Below are positions 9,232 through 18,946 of a DNA stretch of 64,000 nucleotides, in pieces. Every line of letters begins with the position of its first letter. Position 1 is the stretch's first letter. The position numbers were made by a program, and so were the translations under genes. The DNA is from an uncultured Methylomirabilota bacterium (GTDB lineage Bacteria; Methylomirabilota; Methylomirabilia; Methylomirabilales; 2-02-FULL-66-22), in assembly GCA_963845565.1 (NCBI GenBank), contig CAWJSJ010000005.1:736001-800000 (forward strand). Direction: 5' to 3'. A model generated the notes under the pieces. The model was not told the origin of the DNA. It did no database searches and saw nothing but the letters and a program-made list of their open reading frames with translations.

Positions 9232-10924
9232 GTGGATTTCTTCGTGCAGGCGCTGCGAGAGAATCCGGAACTCGCCGTCTTCCTGACCCTTGCCGTCGGG
9301 TTCTTCGTCGGCCGCCTCAAGATTGGGAGCTTCAGCCTCGGGAACGGTGGTCGGGACGCTGCTGGCGGGGGTCGTGATCGGGCAGTTGAACATCAAGGTT
9401 CCCTCCACCGTGAAGTCGGTCTTCTTCTTGCTCTTCCTCTTCACCACCGGATACAAGGTCGGGCCGCAGTTCTTCCGCGGACTCAAACGCGACGCCATTC
9501 CACAAGTGGCGCTCACCGTCGTCCTGTGCGTCACGTGTCTGCTCACGGCGTTCGGATTCGCGAAGCTCCTCGGATACGACATCGGAACGGCGGCGGGCCT
9601 GCTGGCGGGCGCGTTCTCGGAGTCCACGGTGATTGGAACTGCGGGCGACGCAATCCAGCGCCTGGGGATTTCGAGCGCCGAGAAGACGGCGCTCATGAAC
9701 AATATACCCGTGGCCTATGCGGTGACGTATCTCATCGGGGCCGCCGCCGTGGTCTGGTTTCTCCCCACGATCGGTCCAAAGCTGATGGGGATCAATCTGC
9801 GGGAAGAGGGGGCACGGCAGCAGGCCGAGATCGCGGGCTCGGCGGAGCTGGGGCTCGGCGTCATGTCGGCCGCCCGGCACTTCGATATCCGCGCCTACCG
9901 TGTGACCAATCCGAGTCTCGTGAACAAGACAGTGGGGGAACTAGAGGCGCTGCCCAAGGACACCCGGGTCTTCGTCGTCCGGATCCGTCGCGGAGGAGAA
10001 ATCGTCGAGGCCACGCCCACCTCGGCCATCCGCCAGGACGACGTGGTTGCGATAGCCGCCAAGCAAGAGATTCACGTGGAGCGCGGGACCAAGATCGGTC
10101 CCGAGGTGGACGACAAAGCCCTGCTCGACATTCCGGTCGAGACGCTGGACGTGGTGGAAACGCAACGCGCCTTCATCGGGAAGAGTCTCGCGGAGTTGGC
10201 GCAGCTCGAGTCCGCCCGTGGGGTGTTCCTGCGAAAGCTCATCCGGGGCGGGCAGGAGATTCCCGTGTCCGCAGGAACGCGCATCGATCGGGGGGACGTC
10301 CTGCGTTTGATCGGCCCGAAGCCCGAGGTCGAGCGGGCGGTGAAGGAGCTGGGGTATCCGGATCGCCCCACCACGGCGACGGACATGATCTTCGTCGGGA
10401 CCGGCATCGTGCTGGGAGGGCTCGTCGGCCTGCTCTCGGTCACCGTCGGCGGCATACCGTTGACCCTCACCGCCAGCGGCGGCGCCCTGATCATGGGGCT
10501 GGTCTTCGGCTGGCTGCGATCGGTGTATCCGTTCTTCGGCCGCATCCCCGAGCCGGCGATCTGGATCTTCGACACCGTCGGATTGTGCGTCTTCATCGGC
10601 GTGGTCGGCCTGAGCGCGGGTCCGAGCTTCATTTCCGGCCTGCAGACGACCGGCATCAGCCTGGTCTTCGTGGGTCTGGTGTCGGCCTTGCTGCCGCACT
10701 TTGTGGCGATCCTGTTTGGCCGCTATGTGCTGCGGATGAACCCGCTCATCCTCCTCGGCGCCTGCGCCGGGGCCGGGACGATGACGGCGGCCCTTCGCGC
10801 GGTCCAGGACGAGGCCCGGAGCAGCATTCCGGCGCTGGGCTACACCGTGCCCTATGCCGTCGGGAACATCCTGCTGACGGCGTGGGGGCCGGTTATCGTG
10901 GCGATGATGTCGATCGGGAAGTGA
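9232..10924 (+). CDS. aspT: Aspartate-alanine antiporter-like protein (frameshift near 9345)
   Basis: LRENPELAVFLTL start, GYKVGPQFF, AGAFSESTVIG, GYTVPYAVGNILLT; two TrkA-C domains. Confidence 0.8.
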
Positions 10925-10928
10925 GCCA

Positions 10929-11053
10929 CAGGCTGCTGAAAAAGGTCCATCTGCGGCGTTGGTTCGCTTGGTCGCTCGTTGCGGCGTACCTGGAGTACGC
11001 CTCACTCGGCCCTTCGCGAACCGCCTTGCATCTGGACCTTTTTGAGCAGCCTG
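10929..11053 (+). mobile_element. MITE-like element, family A (125 bp)
   Basis: Terminal IR CAGGCTGCTGAAAAAGG...CCTTTTTGAGCAGCCTG; several copies in the window. Confidence 0.85.
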
Positions 11054-11099
11054 AGTGAAGGGTGAGTCCCTTAACATCGTGCTGCTAAGGAGGTATGCC

Positions 11100-11474
11100 A
11101 TGCGAGTGTGGATGATGTTGGGTATCGGGGCGCTGTGGCTCATTTCCGCAGTGGTTCCGAGCGGCGCGTCGGGCGCGACCATTGACGACGTAAGGAAGGA
11201 AATGGCGGACAACCCCTCGCCTTATTGGGGGACACGGCTCTTGATGTTCGTCCCGATGGAGCCGAGTGGCGTGTCCGGTCATATGCTCATGCCCATGAAC
11301 GAACTCTGTGCGTCCGGCGGCAAGCTCCGCCCGATCAGTGACGGCGCGACGGGCGCCGACATGGGCCCGGTCCCGCCAGGCAACGAGTACACGGTTCAGA
11401 TCTTCATGCGCGACGGTGGGGGGTATGACATCTGGAAGTATTCGCGGAAGGTAACCGTGCCCGACTGCAAGTAG
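11100..11474 (+). CDS. Hypothetical secreted protein with a two-Cys domain
   Basis: AAGGAGG RBS, signal peptide, ELCASGGKLR...YTVQ...VPDCK. Confidence 0.65.
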   Translation: MRVWMMLGIGALWLISAVVPSGASGATIDDVRKEMADNPSPYWGTRLLMFVPMEPSGVSGHMLMPMNELCASGGKLRPISDGATGADMGPVPPGNEYTVQIFMRDGGGYDIWKYSRKVTVPDCK

Positions 11475-11503
11475 CGTGCGGATGTTCGGGCGATGCGCAC
11501 GGC

Positions 11504-11689
11504 ATGGACGTGTGTCGCAGTGGGGATCAACTGCGCGCTACAACCGGGGATGGGACGGCGCTGGAGACGCCCGCGGCTGGCCACGGGTCCACCTACACGA
11601 TCCAGGTCGGCAGGATCGTGGGCGACGCTGAGACCAGCAAGTTCCGAGCGCTCTTTGTCAAGTCGTTCGAGGTTCCTCCCTGCAGGTGA
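11504..11689 (+). pseudogene. Truncated paralog of the C-terminal domain of the preceding protein
   Basis: VCRSGDQLR...DG...YTIQ...VPPCR aligns with LCASGGKLR...DG...YTVQ...VPDCK. Confidence 0.55.
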
Positions 11690-11756
11690 ACATCCCAACG
11701 GGCGCGGTTCTCACACACACGAACTCGGACCGGACGGGCCCCAAGGAGGAGGTTAA

Positions 11757-12158
11757 ATGCACCCCAGGATTGCCGTGACCGGCAGCGTCGCGATCCTCCT
11801 GACGTCAATGGCGCTGGCCCTTCTGGTGTGTCTGCCCGACCCTGCCTGGGCCGATGAGATGTGCCAGGGAAGCCGCCCCATGGATCCCCGGAATTCGGAC
11901 CTGGACGTCCTGGAGATCAATGTCGGCCCGCAAGGGATCACCGGCAGGATCACGAACACGAGCGGCAGGACAGCGGTGGGGGTGATGGTCTGGGTAAATT
12001 ACTTCCGCAGTGCCCGTGGAGGTCTGTTCGATCGGCAGTGCATGCCGATAGGCGATATGGCGCCCGGCGAGGAGCGTTCCTTCCAGGGCCCGCCGTCGAC
12101 AGGGGCCGCCGACGCCGATTCATGGAAACACGCGGCGGAGGCCCTCGACTGGAGGTAG
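11757..12158 (+). CDS. Secreted protein with FxLYD-like Ig domain
   Basis: Signal peptide; ITGRITNTSG...VNYF...GDMAPGEERSF. Confidence 0.6.
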   Translation: MHPRIAVTGSVAILLTSMALALLVCLPDPAWADEMCQGSRPMDPRNSDLDVLEINVGPQGITGRITNTSGRTAVGVMVWVNYFRSARGGLFDRQCMPIGDMAPGEERSFQGPPSTGAADADSWKHAAEALDWR

Positions 12159-12264
12159 GGACCGGTGGTGGCGAACCGCTGAACGAGGGTGATAGACGAA
12201 ACCCAAAAGAGGCTGTCATTCTCACAAACGCCGCAGCTCGTCTTTCCCTTGAAAGGAGTGTGTC

Positions 12265-12862
12265 ATGAAGGGATTCGCAACGGTCGGCCTGGCGGTCCTC
12301 TCGATCGCGCTTGTGGTCTCAACACTCGCCTGGGCTGGCGAATCGAAGGAGGATAAGGAAAAGCAGGCGAAGGCGAACAAGGAGCGCCAGGAAATCCGCA
12401 AGACGGCGCAGGACATCCTCGCCCGGCTCTACAAGGCGCAGCCCAGCGCCAAGGCCGCCATCGGGAAGGCGGCGGGCTACGCGGTCTTCAGCAACTTCGG
12501 GATGAAGATCCTCGTGGCGGGCAGCGGGACGGGGAAGGGCGTTGCTGTGGACAACAAGACCAAGAAGGAAACGTTCATGAAGATGGTCGAGCTCCAGGCC
12601 GGCCTCGGGCTTCGGGGTCAAGAAGTTCAGCCTGGTCTGGGTCTTCGAGACGCCTGAGACACTCGCGACGTTCGTCAACTCCGGCTGGGAGCTGGGTGGC
12701 CAGACGAGCGTGGCCGCCAAGGCCGGCGAGACGGGTGCCGCGCTCCAGGGCGCCCTCCCCGTCTCGCCGGGTGTCTGGGTCTATCAGCTCACCGAAACCG
12801 GCTTGGCCCTGGAGCTCACGGCCAAAGGGACGAAGTACTATAAGAACGACGATCTGAACTGA
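12265..12862 (+). CDS. Ysc84/SYLF-related periplasmic protein (frameshift near 12610)
   Basis: KAAGYAVFSNFG...GSGTGKG; second frame VWVYQLTETGLALELTAKGTKYYKNDDLN*. Confidence 0.75.
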
Positions 12863-12866
12863 TCGC

Positions 12867-12972
12867 CAGGCTGCTGAAAAAGGCCCGTCGATTGACAAAT
12901 TCGAATATTCGAATTTCGAAGTTCGAAATTGAGGGACGACCGCCTTGCATTCGGACCTATTTGAGCCGCCTG
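12867..12972 (+). mobile_element. Family A MITE variant with internal TTCGAAW heptamer array
   Basis: Same terminal IRs; interior AAATTCGAATATTCGAATTTCGAAGTTCGAAATT. Confidence 0.75.
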
Positions 12973-12991
12973 CGAAAGGGAGGCTTGCTGA

Positions 12992-14519
12992 ATGTCGCTG
13001 CCTGACCACAAAACGAAGATCGTCGCCACCATCGGCCCGGCCTCGGAATCCCCGGAGATGCTGGAGCGCCTGATCCGCGCGGGGATGAACGTGGCACGAC
13101 TCAATTTCTCCCACGGCGACTTTAGCGGGCACGGCGAGCGGATCGGGCGCATTCGCGCCGCCGCCCGGGCTACCGGGCAGCGCGTGGCCATCATGGCGGA
13201 CCTTCCCGGCCCCAAGATGCGCATCGGGAAGCTCGAGCCGGAGCCCATCGCGCTTCTCCCTGGCGACCGGTATCGCCTTGACCACAGAGGAGATCGTCGG
13301 CACCGCACGGCGGGTCTCCATGAGCTTCGACCGCCTCCCCCAGGTCGTGAAGCCGGGGGACCGGCTGTTCCTGAACGACGGATTGGTGCAGTTGACGGTC
13401 GAGCGGGTGACGGGGACCGATGTGGAGTGCGTCGTGGCGGTGGGCGGCGAGCTCCGGTCGCGGAAAGGCCTCAATATCCCGGGCATCGACCTGGGCATCA
13501 GCGCCTTCACCGAGCACGACCGCGCCTGTCTCGAGTTCGCGCTGCAGCAGGGCGTTGACGCCGTGAGCCAGTCGTTCGTCGAGAGGGCGGCGGACATCGA
13601 GGCGGTGCGGGCCGCCGCCGTCAGGTGCGGCAGGCAGCCATTCCTCATCGCCAAGATCGAGCGCGCCGGAGCATTGCAGCACCTCGATGAGATCCTGAAG
13701 GCGTCCGATGGCATCATGGTGGCGCGCGGCGATCTCGGTGTGGAGGTGCCGATCCAGGAAATGGCCCTGATTCAGAAAGATCTCATCGCGCGGGCCAATC
13801 TGGCAGGCAAGCCCGTCATCACCGCGACGCAGATGCTCGAATCCATGGTCGCCAGCCGGCTGCCGACACGGGCCGAGTCGACCGATGTCGCCAACGCCAT
13901 CCTCGACGGCACCGACTGCATCATGCTGTCCGGCGAGTCGGCCATGGGGCAGTACCCCGAAGAGGCCGTGGCCATGCTGGCCAGCATCGCGGCGGCCACC
14001 GAGGCCCGCCGCCCGCCGGCCCGTCTGCACGACCTGCGGGCACTCTGTCTCGACCGGGCACCCACAACGGCGGCCGAGGCGATTGCCTCGGTCGTAGAGC
14101 ACGCGCTGGATACCGTGCCCTGCGCGGCGCTGTTCGTGCCGACCCGCACCGGGACCACCGCACGGATGATTTCGCGCTTCAAACCCGGGGTGTGGGTCAC
14201 ATCTGTCAGCCGAGATCCCGCCGTCGGGCAGGGCTTGGCATTCTCTTACGGGGTGCTCCCCGTGGATATGGCGGATGAGCCGGACGATTGGCGGGGCTTT
14301 GCCCGGGGTTGGATGCGCGAGCAGCAGATCTCCGGCAATATCGCCATGCTCGTGGCCGGCCCGTCCACGCGCAACCCGGACGCGAACCACCGCATCGAAT
14401 TCATGCGCATTGGAGGACAGTCGGAGAGGAAGATGACGCCGGACCCAGCACATGACGCAGCGACCTGGAGCGCGGCCATAGCTTTCCGCTGGGCGCTACC
14501 CTCTGTCGCGGCGGCGTGA
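12992..14519 (+). CDS. pyk: Pyruvate kinase (frameshift near 13270)
   Basis: KTKIVATIGPAS, ARLNFSHG, IAKIE, MVARGDLG, ATQMLESM, MLSGES. Confidence 0.93.
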
Positions 14520-14601
14520 ACTTCAGCCTGTTCTCCCGCTCCGCGTCGCGCGTGGAGCTGACCGTTTGTGAAGCCGTAAACGATTCGCGCAGGGGGGCCC
14601 T

Positions 14602-15708
14602 ATGAGTACCGATATCAAACGCATTGCCATCAACACCGGGGGCGGAGACGCTCCAGGGCTGAACGCCGTGATCCACGCCGCCGTCTATGCCGCGCGGGCG
14701 ATCGGCTGGGAGGTCTTCGGAATCCGCGAGGGATATGACGGCCTCCTGGATCCCCAGAATTATCCTGAGGGCGGGCTCGTCCCGCTCACGCGCGCGACGG
14801 TCCGTAACATCGCCCACCTCGGCGGGACCATCCTCGGCACGACGAACCGGGGGAACCCCTTCAAGCACGTCGTCACGCAGCCCGACGGCACGCGTCGCGA
14901 GGTGGACCGGTCCACCGCCGTTCTGGAGGCTTTCCGAACACACCAACTCGACGCGCTCATCGCCGTGGGCGGCGACGGGTCGCTCACCATCGCGAACCAG
15001 TTGTTCGAACAGGGTCTGCGCGTGGTGGGTGTCCCCAAGACCATCGATAACGACCTGGAATCCACGCTCGTTACCTTCGGACTCGACAGCGCCGTCTCGT
15101 TCGCCACGGAGTGTATCGACCGTCTGCATGCGACGGCGCAGGCGCACCGCCGGGTTATCGTGGTAGAGGTGATGGGTCGATACGCCGGCTGGATTGCCCT
15201 CAATTGCGGCATTGCCGGGCGATCGGACGCGATCCTGATCCCGGAGATCCCTTACGACATCGGGAAAGTGGCGGCTCACCTCAAGCGGAAGACGGAAGGA
15301 CGGCGGTCCTACGCCATCGTCGTGGTGGCAGAAGGCGCGAAGCCGATCGGCGGGGACGTCACCGTGAAGGCGCGCGAGGCGGGGCGCGCTGAACGCCTGG
15401 GCGGCATCGGCGAGCGGGTCGCCGAGCAATTGCAGGAACTGACCGGGATGGAGAGCCGCGCCGTGGTGCTGGGCCACCTGCTCCGTGGCGGCTCGCCCAC
15501 GTCCATGGACCGAAACCTGGGCCTCATGTTCGGCGCCGCCGCGGTGCGGGCGCTGGCGGAGGGCCAGAGCGGCGTGATGGTCGCGCTGAATCCACCGCGC
15601 ATCGACTATGTGCCGCTGAAGCAGGCGGTGGCGAAGATGAAGACCGTGCCACTTAATTCGAACGGCATCATTACCGCGCGGGCGCTGGAGATCTCATTCG
15701 GCGATTGA
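14602..15708 (+). CDS. pfkA: 6-phosphofructokinase (PfkA family)
   Basis: TGGGDAPGLNAVI, GGTILGT, GGDGS, PKTIDND, EVMGR. Confidence 0.93.
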   Translation: MSTDIKRIAINTGGGDAPGLNAVIHAAVYAARAIGWEVFGIREGYDGLLDPQNYPEGGLVPLTRATVRNIAHLGGTILGTTNRGNPFKHVVTQPDGTRREVDRSTAVLEAFRTHQLDALIAVGGDGSLTIANQLFEQGLRVVGVPKTIDNDLESTLVTFGLDSAVSFATECIDRLHATAQAHRRVIVVEVMGRYAGWIALNCGIAGRSDAILIPEIPYDIGKVAAHLKRKTEGRRSYAIVVVAEGAKPIGGDVTVKAREAGRAERLGGIGERVAEQLQELTGMESRAVVLGHLLRGGSPTSMDRNLGLMFGAAAVRALAEGQSGVMVALNPPRIDYVPLKQAVAKMKTVPLNSNGIITARALEISFGD

Positions 15709-15833
15709 CAGGCTGCTGAAAAAGGCTCATCTGCTGCGTTGTCGCGCTTTGCCACTCGCTGCAGCGTACCTCCAGTACGCTTCGCTCGGGCTTCAGCGCG
15801 CCGCCTTGCATCTGAACCTTTTTGAGCAGCCTG
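15709..15833 (+). mobile_element. Family A MITE starting immediately after the pfkA stop
   Basis: Same IRs and internal GCGTAC..GTACGC hairpin as 10929-11053. Confidence 0.85.
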
Positions 15834-15940
15834 GGTAAATGTGAATATTTCGGTATCTGTCCCTGCCGAAACAGGGAGACGTGATCGAACTGTAGCGTTA
15901 TCCGTCAATTGGACACGATGCCAAGAATGCGTTCTTAACC

Positions 15941-16066
15941 CAGGCTGATCAAGAAGGTCCAAATGCAAGGCGGCGAGCGATCCGAGGCGCGAGGCGTACT
16001 TGGTCCGTACGCCGCAGCGTCGCGGGAGTGAGCCAACGCCGCAGATGGGCCTTTTTCAGCAGCCTG
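15941..16066 (-). mobile_element. Family A MITE, inverted copy abutting the ppk2 RBS
   Basis: CAGGCTGATCAAGAAGG...CCTTTTTCAGCAGCCTG. Confidence 0.85.
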
Positions 16067-16079
16067 AAGGAGGACTGCC

Positions 16080-16985
16080 ATGGACCTCGACATGTTCGTC
16101 AAGAAGGCGCGGGAGTTCTCGAAGCCGTTCCGCGTGACCAAAGGCGAACCGTTCCGACTCAAGGCCGTGGACCCAGGTGATACCCTCGGCTTGAAGTCGG
16201 AGGACAAGCCGCGCGCGAAGGAAGCCCTCGCCACCGGGGTCGAGGCGCTGGCCCACCTGCAGGACATGCTGTACGCCCAGGACCACTGGGCGGTCCTGTT
16301 GATCTTCCAGGCGATGGACGCCGCGGGAAAAGACGGCGCCATCAAACACGTCATGTCGGGCATCAACCCGCAGGGCTGCCAGGTCTTCTCGTTCAAGGCG
16401 CCCACCAGCGAGGATCTCGACCACGACTTTCTCTGGCGCTGCATGAAGTGCCTTCCCGAGCGCGGCCGCATCGGGATCTTCAACCGCAGCTACTACGAGG
16501 AGACGCTGGTGGTCCGGGTCCACCCGGAGTTCCTGGAGAAGCAGCACCTGCCGCCCGCCCTGGTTACCAAAGGCATCTGGAAAGAACGCTTCCAGGACAT
16601 TCGCAGCTTCGAACGGTACCTGTCGCGCAACGGTGTGGCCATCCGCAAGTTCTTCCTCCACGTCTCGAAGAAGGAGCAGAAGCGGCGATTCCTGGAGCGC
16701 CTCGACACCCCGGAGAAAAACTGGAAGTTCTCGGGGAGCGACATCCAGGAGCGTGGCCACTGGGATGCGTACATGGCGGCCTACGAGGACATGATCCGGA
16801 ACACCGCCACAAAGGAGGCGCCCTGGTACGTCGTGCCCGCCGACAACAAGTGGTTCACGCGTGTCGTTGTTGCCGCCGCAATCATCGACGCGCTGGCCTC
16901 GCTGGACGTCAAGTATCCCAAGGTCGGCCCGGAGAAGCTCAAGGAGTTGGCCGCCGCCAAGCGGGCGTTGATGCACGAGAGGTAG
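16080..16985 (+). CDS. ppk2: Polyphosphate kinase 2 family (class III-like)
   Basis: MDAAGKDG Walker A, FNRSYYE, KNWKFS, PADNKW. Confidence 0.92.
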   Translation: MDLDMFVKKAREFSKPFRVTKGEPFRLKAVDPGDTLGLKSEDKPRAKEALATGVEALAHLQDMLYAQDHWAVLLIFQAMDAAGKDGAIKHVMSGINPQGCQVFSFKAPTSEDLDHDFLWRCMKCLPERGRIGIFNRSYYEETLVVRVHPEFLEKQHLPPALVTKGIWKERFQDIRSFERYLSRNGVAIRKFFLHVSKKEQKRRFLERLDTPEKNWKFSGSDIQERGHWDAYMAAYEDMIRNTATKEAPWYVVPADNKWFTRVVVAAAIIDALASLDVKYPKVGPEKLKELAAAKRALMHER

Positions 16986-17007
16986 GTTCACCCAGGGAGA
17001 ATGACGA

Positions 17008-17379
17008 ATGGGAAGTCGTCGTACCGCGTGCCGCTGGAAAGTGAGTTCCGCCTGGGTAGGCGGAAAGAGTTGGCGGGGGACCTTGGCGGTGTTCCTGGGA
17101 CTCTCCATGGCCGGGTGCGTGCAATTGGTGGTCGAGCAACCCTGGGACCCGCAGGGGCGCTACGTGTGTGAGGACGGGAAGGCGTTCACCGTCGAGCTCT
17201 CGCAGGATGGCGCATCCGCAATCGTGACGCATGAGAACCGGCGGGTCACGCTGCCTGTGACCGGCGGGGCGACGGATGGCAAGTACAGCGACGGGCGGAC
17301 CACCCTGTACCTCGATGGTCCCCGGGGGTTGCTGGATGTCGGTGGGCAGATCCTGGGGCGTGGCTGCGTGAAGAGGTAG
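17008..17379 (+). CDS. MliC-family lipoprotein (start uncertain)
   Basis: Lipobox-like MAGC; YVCEDGKAF...GKYSDG...GC. Confidence 0.65.
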   Translation: MGSRRTACRWKVSSAWVGGKSWRGTLAVFLGLSMAGCVQLVVEQPWDPQGRYVCEDGKAFTVELSQDGASAIVTHENRRVTLPVTGGATDGKYSDGRTTLYLDGPRGLLDVGGQILGRGCVKR

Positions 17380-17401
17380 GCCGGAGGCGGCCCGCCTCGG
17401 G

Positions 17402-17439
17402 GCGCGCCGCCTTATATCTGGACCTTCTTGAGCCGCCTG
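17402..17439 (+). repeat. Right half of a family A MITE
   Basis: GCGCGCCGCCTTATATCTGGACCTTCTTGAGCCGCCTG. Confidence 0.7.
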
Positions 17440-17544
17440 GGACGAAGCGAGTGCTAGGCGGCGGGATCTTGTCGGGTTATAATCCGAGGGTTTAGGTCTT
17501 CTGGAGTGCCGTACTCATGGGAAGTGTCCCAGGAGGAGAGTGAG

Positions 17545-18943
17545 ATGGCCGTGTTTCAATGGTTTCTGAATGGCCGATCGTGGCCCAAGGTCGTGACAGC
17601 GCTCGGTGTCGGTGTGGCTGGCCATTTCGCTGACTGGCTGCGAGCGGGGCAAGGAAGGCCGAGAAAGCCAAGCAGGCCGCGCCCGCCCCGCCGCCCCGGC
17701 CGTGGTGGTCGCGGAGGTCATCCAGAAGACGGTGCCGATCTACAGCGAGTTCGTCGCGCAGCACCGACGCCAAGGAGACGGTGGAGATCCGCGCCCGGGT
17801 GCAGGCGTTCTGGAGGCGCAGCACTTCACCGAGGGCACCGTGGTGAAGAAAGACCAGCTCCTCTTCACGCTCGACAAGCGCGAGTACGAGGCGCAGCTCC
17901 AGCAGGCCAAGGCGCAACTCGCCAAGGCACAGGCGGATCTGGCCTTCGCCAAGGACAACGCCCTGGTCGAGAGCGCCAAGGCCAACCTCGACGTGGCACT
18001 GGCGCGCCTCGGCAAGGCCGAAACGGACGAGCGGCGGCTGAAGCCGTTGGCCGAGCGGCGGGCCGTACCCCAGCAGGACTACGACAACGCGGCCGCGAAC
18101 CTGGATGGCGCCCGGGCCGACGTCGCAGTCCCGCCGAGCCGCGCGTGAACACGGCGCAGGTCAACCAGAAGAGCAGCATCGAGCAGGCCGAGGCCGCGAT
18201 CGCCGTCCGCCAACGCCGCCATCGTCCAGGCGGAGCTGAACGTGAGCTACTGCACGATCCGGTCGCCCATCGAGGGCCTGATCGGCAAGCGGGAGGTGTC
18301 CCCCGGGAACCTCGTGGGGAAGGGCGAGGCCACCCTCCTGGACACCGTGTCGAGCATCGACCCGATCCGCGTCGATGTCAGCATCAGCGATGCGGAATAC
18401 CTCCGATTCATGGCGCATCGGAAGAAGGGGCAGGCGAGGGGCGGCGCGGCGCTGGAACTGATGCTGGCCGACGGCAGCGTCTATCCCGCACAAGGGGCGC
18501 GATCGTCATCGCCGACCGGGCCGTGGACGTGAAGACCGGCACCCTCTCGCTCTTGCCGAGTTCCCGAACCCCGAGGGGCTCCTGCGCCCCGGCCAGTTCG
18601 GCCGCGTGCGGGTCGCCGCCGAGGTGGCCGAGAATGCCATCCTGGTGCCCCAGCGGGCCGTCCAGGAGATCCAGGGCACCAAGAGCGTGCTGGTGGTCGG
18701 CGCCGACAACGTGGTGACGCTGCGCACGATCCGCCCGGGGAGAGCGTCGGCGACCTCCTCATCGTGCGTGATGGGGTGAAGCCGGGCGAGCGGGTGATCG
18801 TGGATGGGATCCAGAAGGCCCGTCCGGGGTCCCCGGTCAACCCGTCGGCCGCCGGCAGCGGTCCGCCGGGCGCGAAGGCGGAGGCCAAGGCCCCGGAGAA
18901 GCCGGCCGAGGCGAAGCCTGCCAAGAAGGCGGGGGGGAAATAG
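17545..18943 (+). CDS. RND efflux periplasmic adaptor (MFP), frameshifted
   Basis: VEIRARV, EGTVVKKDQLLF, IRSPIEG, GERVIVDGIQK across frames. Confidence 0.85.
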
Positions 18944-18946
18944 CCC

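Noticed and set aside
10929..17439. CRISPR array
   Set aside because: The repeats are dispersed, IR-bounded and irregularly spaced; no cas genes
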